This document shows positions 1-8,469 of a stretch of 39,908 bases of DNA, in pieces. The stretch spans positions 1 to 39,908 of the forward strand of contig JBOHSQ010000028.1 of NCBI GenBank assembly GCA_050733295.1, in the 5' to 3' direction. How positions within the stretch are numbered: the first letter of the stretch is position 1; the number at the start of each line of letters is the position of its first letter. Source of the stretch: Gemmatimonadales bacterium. Lineage in GTDB: Bacteria; Gemmatimonadota; Gemmatimonadetes; Gemmatimonadales; GWC2-71-9. The notes under the pieces are model-generated. The model ran no database searches and was not told the origin of the DNA. It saw only the letters and a list, made by a program, of their open reading frames with translations. A program made the position numbers and the translations under genes.

Positions 1-557
1 TGCTCGGGCATCACGGGCTGGAGGTGTTCGACGTCGAGGAGATCTGGACCCACGGCGGCTCGCTCCGGTACTTCGTTCGCCACGCAGGCGAGGACGGTCG
101 GGGCGGGCGGCTGGCCGTGACCCCCCGAGTGGCAGAGATGCGCGAGCGGGAACGGGCCGCGGGTGTCACCAGCCCGGCATGGTACGCGGGATTCGGCGAC
201 CGGGTGGAACGGAGCAAGTGGGCGCTGCTCGAATTTCTGATCGAGGCTCGCCGGGAGGGGAAGCGGGTCGTGGGATACGGCGCCCCGGGCAAGGGCAACA
301 CGCTCCTCAACTACTGCGGCATCCGGGCCGACCTGCTCGAATACACCGTGGACCGGAATCCGCACAAGCACGGGATGTACCTGCCCGGGACCAGAATCCC
401 CATCCACCCTCCGGAGCGGATCTTCGAGACCCGACCCGACTTCGTCCTGATCCTGCCGTGGAACCTGGCCGAGGAGATCATGGCACAAATGAGCGGCATC
501 CGGGAATGGGGCGGGCAGTTCGTGGTGCCGATCCCTGAGGCCCGGGTCATCGGGTAG
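1..557 (+). CDS. NDP-sugar C-methyltransferase-like protein, C-terminal part (5' end outside window)
   Basis: The frame is open from base 3 to TAG 555-557. The translation contains GKRVVGYGAPGKGNTLLNYCGI, VDRNPHKHGMYLPGTRIPI and PDFVLILPWNLAEEI, the block pattern of the C-terminal domain of sugar C-methyltransferases (recognised from memory, not searched). Confidence 0.7.
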   Translation, partial: LGHHGLEVFDVEEIWTHGGSLRYFVRHAGEDGRGGRLAVTPRVAEMRERERAAGVTSPAWYAGFGDRVERSKWALLEFLIEARREGKRVVGYGAPGKGNTLLNYCGIRADLLEYTVDRNPHKHGMYLPGTRIPIHPPERIFETRPDFVLILPWNLAEEIMAQMSGIREWGGQFVVPIPEARVIG

Positions 558-607
558 GCGGCCCTGCGCCAGGGGTCGGGCCAGCCCGACGAGGCGGAAA
601 ACACGAA

Positions 608-629
608 CCCCGGGCCGATTGGCCCGGGG
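608..629 (-). terminator. GC-rich hairpin between convergent genes, probable intrinsic terminator of the PEP-CTERM gene
   Basis: Perfect 9-bp stem: CCCCGGGCC (608-616), GATT loop, GGCCCGGGG (621-629). On the minus strand it is followed by TTCGTGTTTTCC. Confidence 0.5.
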
Positions 630-663
630 CTCGGTGTGTCCGATCAGGCGAGGGTCAGGCGTT

Positions 664-1341
664 TCAGACCAGCTCGTCTTCCTTCTTGCGCCGACGGATG
701 AAGCCCACGCCGCCCATCCCGGCAAGGCCGGTGGCGAGCAGGGTCATCGTGATCGGCTCAGGAATGACGGTTTCGGCGCACGCCGGATCAGGAGAGTCGC
801 CCGGCGGGCCAAACGTCGACGAACCCTCGTTCTCGATACCCAGCTTGGTGGAGCAGCCGTTAGGGCCGCTGATCCCGTGGATCGAGATGCCCAGGGCCGC
901 GAGTTCGGCGTCCGAGATCACGCCGGCGAAGGTGATCGTGAATGTCACCGACTCGCCGACCAGGAGGCCGTTGGTCGTCGGCGGGGCGACTGCCTCGGCG
1001 GCGATGTCGTGGCCGAGCGGGTTCAGCTCATTGCCGGGACCCTCGATCATGTCCGCGCCGGAGTTGTTCGAGGTGATGACCACGACGCCGCCGGCGGGCA
1101 GGTTGTAGACGCCCACGGCCGAGAAGATCGCGTCGGAGGTTCCGGGCAGCGCGCCGCCCAGGTTCACCACTGTGATGGTGATGACATTGGTGCCGCCGCC
1201 GGTCACCTCCACCGCGGCGCAGGTCGCGAACAACCCGCCGCCGCAGATCGGCGTGGTCAGGTCGCCCCAGTCCGCCCACGCGGGGGAGGCACTGGTGGCC
1301 GCGAGCACACCCGCCGCGGCCAGAGTCTTGAGGAGCTTCAT
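664..1341 (-). CDS. secreted PEP-CTERM sorting-domain protein
   Basis: Signal peptide MKLLKTLAAAGVLAATSASPAWA. The C-terminus VIPEPITMTLLATGLAGMGGVGFIRRRKK has a PEP motif, a hydrophobic helix and a basic cluster. GAGG lies about 10 nt upstream of the ATG. Confidence 0.85.
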   Translation of the reverse strand: MKLLKTLAAAGVLAATSASPAWADWGDLTTPICGGGLFATCAAVEVTGGGTNVITITVVNLGGALPGTSDAIFSAVGVYNLPAGGVVVITSNNSGADMIEGPGNELNPLGHDIAAEAVAPPTTNGLLVGESVTFTITFAGVISDAELAALGISIHGISGPNGCSTKLGIENEGSSTFGPPGDSPDPACAETVIPEPITMTLLATGLAGMGGVGFIRRRKKEDELV

Positions 1342-1360
1342 TGTGGTTTACCTCGCCTGT

Positions 1361-1921
1361 TCAGGGAACTGATTTCGTCATGGCGGTCGAATGCCGCCAC
1401 GCCTTCACGGACACAGTCACAAAAGCCAGTGGATACGCCACGGCCTGAAGCGCGGTTTTCGCGATGGCCTTCTTCAGCCCTCGCAGCACCACCGGGTCCT
1501 TCACCGCATTCAGTCCTTCGGCCGCACTCAACGCCCAGAACACCGCCAGGGCCAGGATCAGCGCGGTCAATACGATCAATACCCCCGCGACGAACTTCGG
1601 GATCCACCGGATGCCCCGGGCTATTCCTCCCGCGAGCATCAGCAGGAGGCCAAGCGCCGGCAACGGCATGAAGTTCAAGCTCTGCGAATAACTCGCGAAC
1701 TGGAACTCCGGCGAGTCGAAGTTGGCCGGGTACCAGGTCAGCGCGATGTCGAACAGACCCACCAGCGCGAAGACCGCCCCAGCCAAGCCCAACAGGTACC
1801 ATCCGAACTCGGGAGCGGGTGCCAGATACTTCTTCCGCTCCTCGGCCGTCTCCCGGACGAGAATCTGGGGACCGGTCATCGTGGATCCCCCGTCCGGGTG
1901 CAATTCACCGATGCTGGGCAA
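1361..1921 (-). CDS. hypothetical integral membrane protein (about four hydrophobic helices)
   Basis: Hydrophobic segments WYLLGLAGAVFALVGLF, LPALGLLLMLAGG, FVAGVLIVLTALILALAVFWAL and AVAYPLAFVTV. The longest ORF starts at TTG 1921. ATG 1879, preceded by GGGGGA, is the more likely start. The stop is 17 nt before the PEP-CTERM gene start, so the two look co-transcribed. Confidence 0.55.
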   Translation of the reverse strand: MPSIGELHPDGGSTMTGPQILVRETAEERKKYLAPAPEFGWYLLGLAGAVFALVGLFDIALTWYPANFDSPEFQFASYSQSLNFMPLPALGLLLMLAGGIARGIRWIPKFVAGVLIVLTALILALAVFWALSAAEGLNAVKDPVVLRGLKKAIAKTALQAVAYPLAFVTVSVKAWRHSTAMTKSVP

Positions 1922-1944
1922 GGCAGAATCCGGGCCACCTGCTA

Positions 1945-2153
1945 CCCCCTGGGTTCAACGGTATAAACCATTTTCCCACAATAACTTGGATGATCTCGAC
2001 AGTGGCCAGACAGCGCCTGTGTTGTAGCGCTGGTGCACCATCCGTTGAGGTACGGACCCCAAGTCGTCCACTCTGACCCGGGCGTGTGGCCGCAGCGCCA
2101 CGACACGGAACCACGTCGCGGCCAGCCGAGCGGGCACCTATATACTCCACGCA
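1945..2153. promoter_or_regulatory. divergent promoter region, locally AT-rich
   Basis: The only clearly AT-enriched stretch nearby is GGTATAAACCATTTTCCCACAATAACTTGGATGATC (about 1960-1995). TATACT sits at 2141-2146, 7 nt before ATG 2154, with no Shine-Dalgarno in between. Confidence 0.35.
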
Positions 2154-3422
2154 ATGTTCCAACGGAAGGCTGGACTCGCCGTCGCCCTGCTCGGAGCCGC
2201 CTTCGTCGGCGCACTCACCCTGGGTCCGCTTCCCGGTCGAGAAGCCCTGGTGCGGGCGACACCGCTGTGGTGCCTCGTGTGCGGGGAACTCGGCGGGGTC
2301 GACGTCCTCCTGAACGTCCTCCTCTTCGCTCCCCTGGGCATCGGGTTGGGGCTCCTCGGGGTGCGCCCGGGCCGGGCATTCCTGCTGGCCGCGGCGCTGA
2401 GCCTCTCGGTCGAGCTGCTGCAGCTGAAGGTCGTCGCGGGCCGTGACGCCAGCCTGAGCGACCTGCTCACCAACTCCGCCGGCGTCCTGCTCGGACATCG
2501 CCTGGGCCACAGCTGGCGGGGGTGGGTGCTTCCCGACCCCTCGACTGCCCGCCGGCTGGTGGCTGCCTGGGCAGTCACCTGGCTTGCGCTGGGGATGGGC
2601 ACCGCCGCGGCACTCCGCCCGGTTCCCACCCATGACCGGTGGTACGGCCAATGGGCGCCGGAGCTGGGGCACCTGGAAAAGTTCGAGGGCCGGGTGTGCG
2701 CCGTTCGCCTCGGTGATATCGCCCTTCCGTCCTGGCGGCTCACGGATTCGGTGGACTGGGCCCAGCGGCTGGTTTCGGACACCGTGCGGCTCCGCGCCGA
2801 TGCCAACCTCGGCCCTGCCACCCCCGGGCTCGCACCGATCGCGTCGATCTTCGACGAGCACCAGCGCGAGATCATGCTCCTGGGCCAATGGGGATCGGAT
2901 GCCGTCATCCGGGTGCGGATGACCCCCTCGCTCCTCCGCCTCCGGCCGTGGGCGATGCGCCTGCCGGGCGGTCTCGCCCAGCCCCCGGGCACCCCGGTGA
3001 GCATCGAGGCGGGAATCGAGGACCGCGCCTATGTGATCCGGGTCCATTCGGAAGGCGCCACGCGTGCGCGCGTGCTCCCCTTCTCTCCCCAGTGGACCTG
3101 GGCCGCGCTGCTCCCCGTGGACTACGCCTTCGGCCGCGAGACGGGCGTCGTCACCGCCCTCTGGCTGGCAGCGATGCTGTCACCCCTGGGCTGGTGGGCC
3201 GGGCGGGCTCGAGGGCGGATTCCGGTGCTGGCCGGTGTCGTGCTCGTCGCAGGCATTGCCGGCATCCGCATGTTGTTCGGGTTGAGCCCGGCGCCGCCGG
3301 CCGAGTGGATCGGGGCGCTCGGGGGACTTGGCGTGGGCCTGCTGCTGGCGCATGGCGTCCGGGTGCCCCACGTCGCAGCGATCGACCCGGCCGAGTTGAG
3401 AAACCCGGCAGTTGACCGTTAG
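2154..3422 (+). CDS. VanZ-like membrane protein with a long extra C-terminal region
   Basis: The N-terminal ~130 aa show the VanZ-like pattern (GGVDVLLNVLLFAPLGIGLGL ... SVELLQLKVVAGRDASLSDLLTNSAGVLLG). A ~190-aa non-hydrophobic middle region and C-terminal hydrophobic helices follow. TAG 3420-3422 lies 11 nt before the kinase start. Confidence 0.65.
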   Translation: MFQRKAGLAVALLGAAFVGALTLGPLPGREALVRATPLWCLVCGELGGVDVLLNVLLFAPLGIGLGLLGVRPGRAFLLAAALSLSVELLQLKVVAGRDASLSDLLTNSAGVLLGHRLGHSWRGWVLPDPSTARRLVAAWAVTWLALGMGTAAALRPVPTHDRWYGQWAPELGHLEKFEGRVCAVRLGDIALPSWRLTDSVDWAQRLVSDTVRLRADANLGPATPGLAPIASIFDEHQREIMLLGQWGSDAVIRVRMTPSLLRLRPWAMRLPGGLAQPPGTPVSIEAGIEDRAYVIRVHSEGATRARVLPFSPQWTWAALLPVDYAFGRETGVVTALWLAAMLSPLGWWAGRARGRIPVLAGVVLVAGIAGIRMLFGLSPAPPAEWIGALGGLGVGLLLAHGVRVPHVAAIDPAELRNPAVDR

Positions 3423-3433
3423 TTGCAGGCATC

Positions 3434-4636
3434 GTGCAGCCTTCCTCCCTCACGTTCCGCCAGCGAATCCTGCTCATCATCGTGCTCGTGGGTGCCGTGC
3501 CCACGGCGATCGCGATCGTGGGTTGGGCCATGACTCTCAAGGTCGGCAACCCGGCCGCCGCGACGCGTGCCGCCATCGAGCAGATCGGCAGTTCGGGCCG
3601 CACCTTGCTCGCCACGGTCGATACCACCGGGCTCACGGCGGCGGAGCGGGCCGCGCTCGACGCTCACGCGGCGCAGCTGAGCGAGGCCCTGGTCCGCTCC
3701 CGCCAGGCCGACACTTATGCGCAGTACTACTCGGCCGGCCTGACCATCACCGTGCTGGTGCTCGGTGCCCTGCTGGTCTATGCGTCGGTCCGCCTCGGCG
3801 GGCACCTCTCGCGGCAGCTGAGCCGGCCAATTGACGAGCTGGTGGGATGGACCAGGCACATCGAGCGGCACGAACCGCTTCCTCCCGACCTCCCACAGCG
3901 CGGCGCACCCGAATTCGCCGTGCTCCGGAGCGCGCTTCGGGACATGGCCTCGGGACTGGAGCAGGGCCGGGGCCGGGAGCTCGAAGCGGAGCGCCTGCGC
4001 GCGTTTCGTGAGATTGCGCGCCGGGTGGCGCATGAAATGAAGAATCCGCTCACTCCCATCCGGTTCGCGACTGTCGAGCTCGACCGAACCGCCACTTCCG
4101 GACAGCGCGAGGCGCTTGACGTGCTGCGTGCCGAGTCGCGAAGGCTCGAGGCCCTCGCACGCGACTTCACCGACCTCGGTCGGCTGCCCGAGGGGCCCGA
4201 ATCGGAAGTGGATGTGGGTGAGCTGCTGGCCGAGCTGGTGCGGACCTCGGTGCCCGCCGAGGTGGCGGCCAATGTGCGGGTAGAGCCCGGAGTGGCTCGC
4301 ATCACCGGACACTACGATCCCCTCCGGCGCGCGTTCTCCAACCTCCTGCGCAACGCGGTGGAGGCGATGAACGGCCGGGGCACGATCGACGTCCATGTCG
4401 CGCCCCGGCTGGCGGGCGGGGTCCGGATCCGGCTCCGGGACCACGGCCCCGGCATCCCGGCTGAGCTGGGCGACCGCGTGTTCGACCCCTACGTCACCAC
4501 CAAGGCCGAGGGCACCGGTCTCGGGCTGTCGCTCGTGCGCCAGACCTTCGATGCGCACGGCGGCAGGATCCGGCTCGAGCCGGCCCAGGGTGGCGGGGCC
4601 GCGTTCGTGATCGAGCTTCCGGCAAGGCGAGGCTGA
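3434..4636 (+). CDS. sensor histidine kinase (two TM helices, HAMP-like linker, HisKA, HATPase), NtrY/AtoS-like H-box
   Basis: GTG start. TM segments RILLIIVLVGAVPTAIAIVGWAM and LTITVLVLGALLVYASV. H-box FREIARRVAHEMKNPLTPIRF. N and G boxes LLRNAVEAM, RDHGPGIP and GTGLGLSLV. Confidence 0.9.
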   Translation: MQPSSLTFRQRILLIIVLVGAVPTAIAIVGWAMTLKVGNPAAATRAAIEQIGSSGRTLLATVDTTGLTAAERAALDAHAAQLSEALVRSRQADTYAQYYSAGLTITVLVLGALLVYASVRLGGHLSRQLSRPIDELVGWTRHIERHEPLPPDLPQRGAPEFAVLRSALRDMASGLEQGRGRELEAERLRAFREIARRVAHEMKNPLTPIRFATVELDRTATSGQREALDVLRAESRRLEALARDFTDLGRLPEGPESEVDVGELLAELVRTSVPAEVAANVRVEPGVARITGHYDPLRRAFSNLLRNAVEAMNGRGTIDVHVAPRLAGGVRIRLRDHGPGIPAELGDRVFDPYVTTKAEGTGLGLSLVRQTFDAHGGRIRLEPAQGGGAAFVIELPARRG

Positions 4637-4640
4637 ACGG

Positions 4641-6011
4641 ATGGCGGGAACCATCCTGATCGTCGACGATGAGCCCAACATCCGCCGCATGCTCGGCGCC
4701 CTGCTGCGCGCCGAGGGTTTCGCGGTACGTGAGGCGCCGTCCGGGCAGGCCGCGCTCCTCGAAGTGGACCGCGCAGAGCCTGACGCGATCTTCCTCGACC
4801 TCATGATGCCGCCTGGCCCGGATGGGCTCGCCACCCTCGGCTCCCTGGTCGAGCGCGGCGCCACCGTGCCGGTGATCATGATGAGCGGCCAGGCCCAGCT
4901 CGCCGATGCCGTCCAGGCCACCCGGCTGGGGGCGTTCCAGTTCATCGAGAAGCCGCTCACGCCCGAATCGGTGCTGGTGACGCTGAACGCCGCGCTCGAG
5001 CTCCAGCATGCCCGCGCCACCAGCCGCGCCCTGCACGAGCGGCTCAGCCCGCCTGCCGAGCTGGTGGGTCAGAGCGCCGCGATGAAGGCGGTGCGGGCTC
5101 TCGTGGCGCAGGTGGCCCCCACCGACGCGCGGGTGCTGGTGACCGGCGAGTCGGGGACCGGCAAGGAGCTGGTTGCCGCCGCCATCCACCGGGCCAGCCG
5201 ACGCGCCCGCGGTCCGTTCGTGGCGGTGAACTGCGCGGCGATCCCGCGCGACCTGGTGGAGAGCGAGCTGTTCGGCCACGAGCGCGGCGCCTTCACCGGC
5301 GCCACCGAGCGCCGGCTCGGCCGGCTCGACCTGGCCGACGGCGGCACCGCGCTTCTCGACGAGGTGGGCGACCTCGGCGCGGAGGCGCAGGCCAAGGTCC
5401 TGCGGGCCCTGGAGAGCGGCGAGATCCAGCGGGTCGGCGCCGAGACATCGCACCGGGTGGACGTGCGTGTCGTTGCGGCGACGAACCGGGACCTCGAGGC
5501 CGCAGTCCGCCAGGGCCAGTTCCGGGAGGATCTCTTCTACCGGCTGCACGTGTTCCCCATCCGGCTCCCGCCCTTGCGGGACCGCCTCGAAGACCTTCCC
5601 GGGCTCGCCGCCCACCTGGCCGGCCGTCTCCGACCGCGCCAGCCGCCGACATTCACGGCCTCGGCCCTGGTGGCGCTCGCCAGCTACCGCTGGCCCGGGA
5701 ACGTGCGAGAGCTGGCCAACGTGGTCGAGCGGCTGATGATCCTGGGCGGCGAGACGATCGACGAGGCGGACGTGGTCGGCGTTCTGCCCCGCACACGCGG
5801 CTCGCAGGACCACGCCGCGAGCCCGGTCGTCGACTTCTTCCCCGCCCTCGACGAGCGGTCGCTTCCCGAGGCGCTCGACGCCTACGAGCGGGACCTCATC
5901 GCCCGCGCCCTCGACCGGGCGCAGGGAAACGTGGCCGAAGCGGCGCGCTTCCTGAAGACCGACCGCGCCAACCTGTATCGGCGGATGCGCCGGCTCGGAA
6001 TCAGGCTGTGA
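4641..6011 (+). CDS. sigma54-dependent response regulator (receiver + AAA+ enhancer-binding domain + Fis-type HTH)
   Basis: Receiver ILIVDDEPNIR...IFLDLMMP...FIEKP. Walker A GESGTGKE, GAFTGA loop, LLDEVGDL, RWPGNVRELANVVER. C-terminal HTH GNVAEAARFLKTDRANLYRRMRRLGI. Confidence 0.93.
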   Translation: MAGTILIVDDEPNIRRMLGALLRAEGFAVREAPSGQAALLEVDRAEPDAIFLDLMMPPGPDGLATLGSLVERGATVPVIMMSGQAQLADAVQATRLGAFQFIEKPLTPESVLVTLNAALELQHARATSRALHERLSPPAELVGQSAAMKAVRALVAQVAPTDARVLVTGESGTGKELVAAAIHRASRRARGPFVAVNCAAIPRDLVESELFGHERGAFTGATERRLGRLDLADGGTALLDEVGDLGAEAQAKVLRALESGEIQRVGAETSHRVDVRVVAATNRDLEAAVRQGQFREDLFYRLHVFPIRLPPLRDRLEDLPGLAAHLAGRLRPRQPPTFTASALVALASYRWPGNVRELANVVERLMILGGETIDEADVVGVLPRTRGSQDHAASPVVDFFPALDERSLPEALDAYERDLIARALDRAQGNVAEAARFLKTDRANLYRRMRRLGIRL

Positions 6012-7756
6012 AACCGCGGTTCCTGCTTTCGCTGCGGGGCTTCGTCCTGGCAGGCACTGCTCCGCTTCACGGGCAGGACAGCCTCATCGTCCTCGATCCC
6101 GGGGCGCCGGCCGGCGACAGCGTGCTCGCCACCGGGCTTCCCGCGAACATCCTCCATGAGGTGCTCCTCCGCTTCAACGACTCGGCCACGACCCGGCTGA
6201 CCGGCGACTTCACCCTGCCGGCAGGTTCGCGGCTCGGGGGCGCTTTCGGTGCCCACCGTGGGACAATCCGGATCCATGGCACGGTGCAGGGACCCATCAC
6301 CGTCGTGAACGGGGATCTCGTGCTCGGCCCGACTGCGCGGGTAACGGGAGACATCCTGCTGGTCGGCGGCCGGCTCTCGCTCGCGGAGGGCGCGGTGGTG
6401 GAGCGCGGGACGCGGGAGTTCCCCGCCGAGGCGCCGGTCTCGCGGGGTTCCAACGGCACCCTCGTCGAGCGCGAGCCGGGGCGCTCGCTGGAGGACCTGG
6501 CCGCAGCGCAGGCGACATTCGCGAAGGGCGACACCCGCGCCACTCTGCGCCTCGCGACTGCGGGCACGTACAACCGGGTCGAGGGGCTGCCGATCGTGTT
6601 CGGCCCGCGGCTCGAATGGCAGCCCGCGCCCGACGTGTACACGCGATTCGACGCGATGGGCGTGCTCCGCACCGCAGGCAACGATGCCGACCTGCTCAGC
6701 GACCTCGGCTTCAACGGCCGGGCCGAGGCGCGCTTCGGCCGGCCCTGGCGGTTAAGGCTGGTGGGCGAGGGGTACAGCCGGGTCGAGTCGATTTCGGAGT
6801 ACGACCTCTCCGCCAGCGAAACCGGGTGGTACGCCATCCTGGCGCAGCGGGACTATCGCGACTACTTCGATGCCCGGGGCGGCGGGCTCACGGCGACCTT
6901 CGCGGTCGCACGCCAGCTCCGGATCGAGGCGGGGGGACGGCTGGAGCGGGAGCGCACGATTCTGGCCAACGATCCGTTCTCGCTCTTCAACAACGAGGAC
7001 AGCTGGCGGCCGAACCCGCTCATCGACGATGGCGAGTACCTCACCTGGCGGCTCGGCGTTGAAGTCGACACCCGTCCCAGCTCGGAGCTGCCGACGACCG
7101 GCGTCTTCGCCCGGGTGGGAGCCGAGTTCACCTCCGGGAGCGATGTGGCGCCGGTGGACCTGCCCACGACGGTCCGGGATCCGCTCCCCACCGATGGGTC
7201 GTACGCCTTCTCGCGTGCGAGCATGGACCTGCGCGGGTACTATCGCCTGGATCGGCGCCACACCCTGGGCGGCCGCTTCCTGGCCGACGGCTGGCTCGGG
7301 GGCGACCCGCTGTCCCTCCAGCGGCGTGTGGCACTGGGCGGCCCGGGGCTCCTGCCCGGGTATGCCTTCCGCGCCTTCGACTGCAGCGCAGAGAGCGGGC
7401 ACGTCGACCCGGCCAAACCCGCACTCTGCGACCGGATGATGCTCGCCCAGGGTGAGTTGAGGCGGCGATTCCGCCTCGGGCTCACGCATCGCATCGCGGA
7501 TGCGGAACGCGAGGGCGTGGACCGCGTGGTCGGCATCGAGGAAGCCGACTTCGTCGTCTTTGCCGACCTCGGCACGGCGTGGCTCGCCGGTGACGGCCCC
7601 GGACGAGTGCCGACCGACCGGGTCCCCAGCCTGTCCGACTGGCACGCCGACCTCGGCGTTGGTCTCGCGACGGGCGGCCTCGGGATCTACCTGGCGAAGG
7701 CGCTGGAGGAAGGCGAGCCGGTGCGGCTCAGCATCCGGCTCCGGCGCCGGTTCTAG
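6008..7756 (+). CDS. outer-membrane Omp85-type beta-barrel protein with N-terminal bactofilin-like repeat region
   Basis: The GTG start overlaps the regulator's stop (GTGA). Signal-like N-terminus MKPRFLLSLRGFVLAGTAPLHGQ. Repeat block GTIRIHGTVQGPITVVNGDLVLGPTARVTGDILLVGGRLSLAEGAVVERG. Barrel-type motifs ALGGPGLLPGYAFRAF and FADLGTAW. C-terminal ...SIRLRRRF. Confidence 0.72.
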   Translation: MKPRFLLSLRGFVLAGTAPLHGQDSLIVLDPGAPAGDSVLATGLPANILHEVLLRFNDSATTRLTGDFTLPAGSRLGGAFGAHRGTIRIHGTVQGPITVVNGDLVLGPTARVTGDILLVGGRLSLAEGAVVERGTREFPAEAPVSRGSNGTLVEREPGRSLEDLAAAQATFAKGDTRATLRLATAGTYNRVEGLPIVFGPRLEWQPAPDVYTRFDAMGVLRTAGNDADLLSDLGFNGRAEARFGRPWRLRLVGEGYSRVESISEYDLSASETGWYAILAQRDYRDYFDARGGGLTATFAVARQLRIEAGGRLERERTILANDPFSLFNNEDSWRPNPLIDDGEYLTWRLGVEVDTRPSSELPTTGVFARVGAEFTSGSDVAPVDLPTTVRDPLPTDGSYAFSRASMDLRGYYRLDRRHTLGGRFLADGWLGGDPLSLQRRVALGGPGLLPGYAFRAFDCSAESGHVDPAKPALCDRMMLAQGELRRRFRLGLTHRIADAEREGVDRVVGIEEADFVVFADLGTAWLAGDGPGRVPTDRVPSLSDWHADLGVGLATGGLGIYLAKALEEGEPVRLSIRLRRRF

Positions 7757-7761
7757 CAGCC

Positions 7762-8424
7762 GTGCGCGGCCTGCTGCTCCAGTCCACCACCGCGCTGCTA
7801 CTCGCCCTGGTTCCGGCAGCCGTCGGAAGGGCGGGGCTGGCGGCACAGGCCCGGCTCGAGGTCCGGCTCGCCCCGGATACCGGCGCCGTGGGCACCCGCG
7901 TTCCCGTCACCCGCGTGCGCGACCTCCTCGAGGACCCCCGCTGGCTCTCCGCCCTCGAATCGGGACTCCCGCTCCGGCTGCACTTCAGGCTGCAGCGCTG
8001 GCATTCGCGCGGGTCGTGGTTCGACGACGTGGAGCGGACGGTAGACTGGGACGTGGTGGTGCGGCGGGAGCCGCTTCGCGAGGAATACGTGGTGGAGACG
8101 ACACTCTCGGGGCGGCGGACCGTACGACGCTACCCCACCTCGGAGGCGCTCGAGGCGGCGCTCGGCTACTCCTACCTGGTGCGGATCGCCCCGCGCGAGC
8201 GCGGGACCTACTACTACCAGGTGTTGCTCGCGCTCACGACCCTATCGGATTCCGACCTGGCCGAGCTCGAGCGATTCCTTCGCGGGGACCTCGGTGGTGC
8301 GGCCGCCGGCCAGGACGGCGTGGGCGATGCGGTTGGCCGCGGTGCTCGGCGCCTGCTGCTTCGGCTGGCGGGATTGCCCAGCCTGAGGCTGGATGGAAGG
8401 AGCGCCAGGTTTGAAGTGAAGTGA
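7762..8424 (+). CDS. secreted hypothetical protein (possibly DUF4390-like, unverified)
   Basis: The GTG start lies 5 nt after the barrel gene's stop. Signal-like N-terminus MRGLLLQSTTALLLALVPAAVGRAGLAAQ. High GC3. No motif I can assign with confidence. Confidence 0.6.
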   Translation: MRGLLLQSTTALLLALVPAAVGRAGLAAQARLEVRLAPDTGAVGTRVPVTRVRDLLEDPRWLSALESGLPLRLHFRLQRWHSRGSWFDDVERTVDWDVVVRREPLREEYVVETTLSGRRTVRRYPTSEALEAALGYSYLVRIAPRERGTYYYQVLLALTTLSDSDLAELERFLRGDLGGAAAGQDGVGDAVGRGARRLLLRLAGLPSLRLDGRSARFEVK

Positions 8425-8469
8425 GGAGTGGAGGGTCGGAAGTGAGCAGGAAGGTGTGCAGTGTGCGAA

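Noticed and set aside
1905-5813. Several long minus-strand ORFs (1905-3047, 2138-3004, 3419-5020, 4494-5813) opposite the VanZ-like, kinase and regulator genes
   Set aside because: Their translations are Arg/Pro/Gly/Ala-rich low-complexity sequence with no motifs. They lie antisense to genes with clear domain signatures, so they are typical shadow ORFs of GC-rich DNA. The same applies to similar ORFs opposite most genes in the window.
3434-6011. Calling the kinase/regulator pair PrsK/PrsR (PEP-CTERM system regulators) outright
   Set aside because: The regulator's architecture fits, but it is generic NtrC-type. The kinase is a 400-aa two-TM protein rather than the large polytopic PrsK-type kinase. 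It is kept only as a hypothesis under the PEP-CTERM finding.
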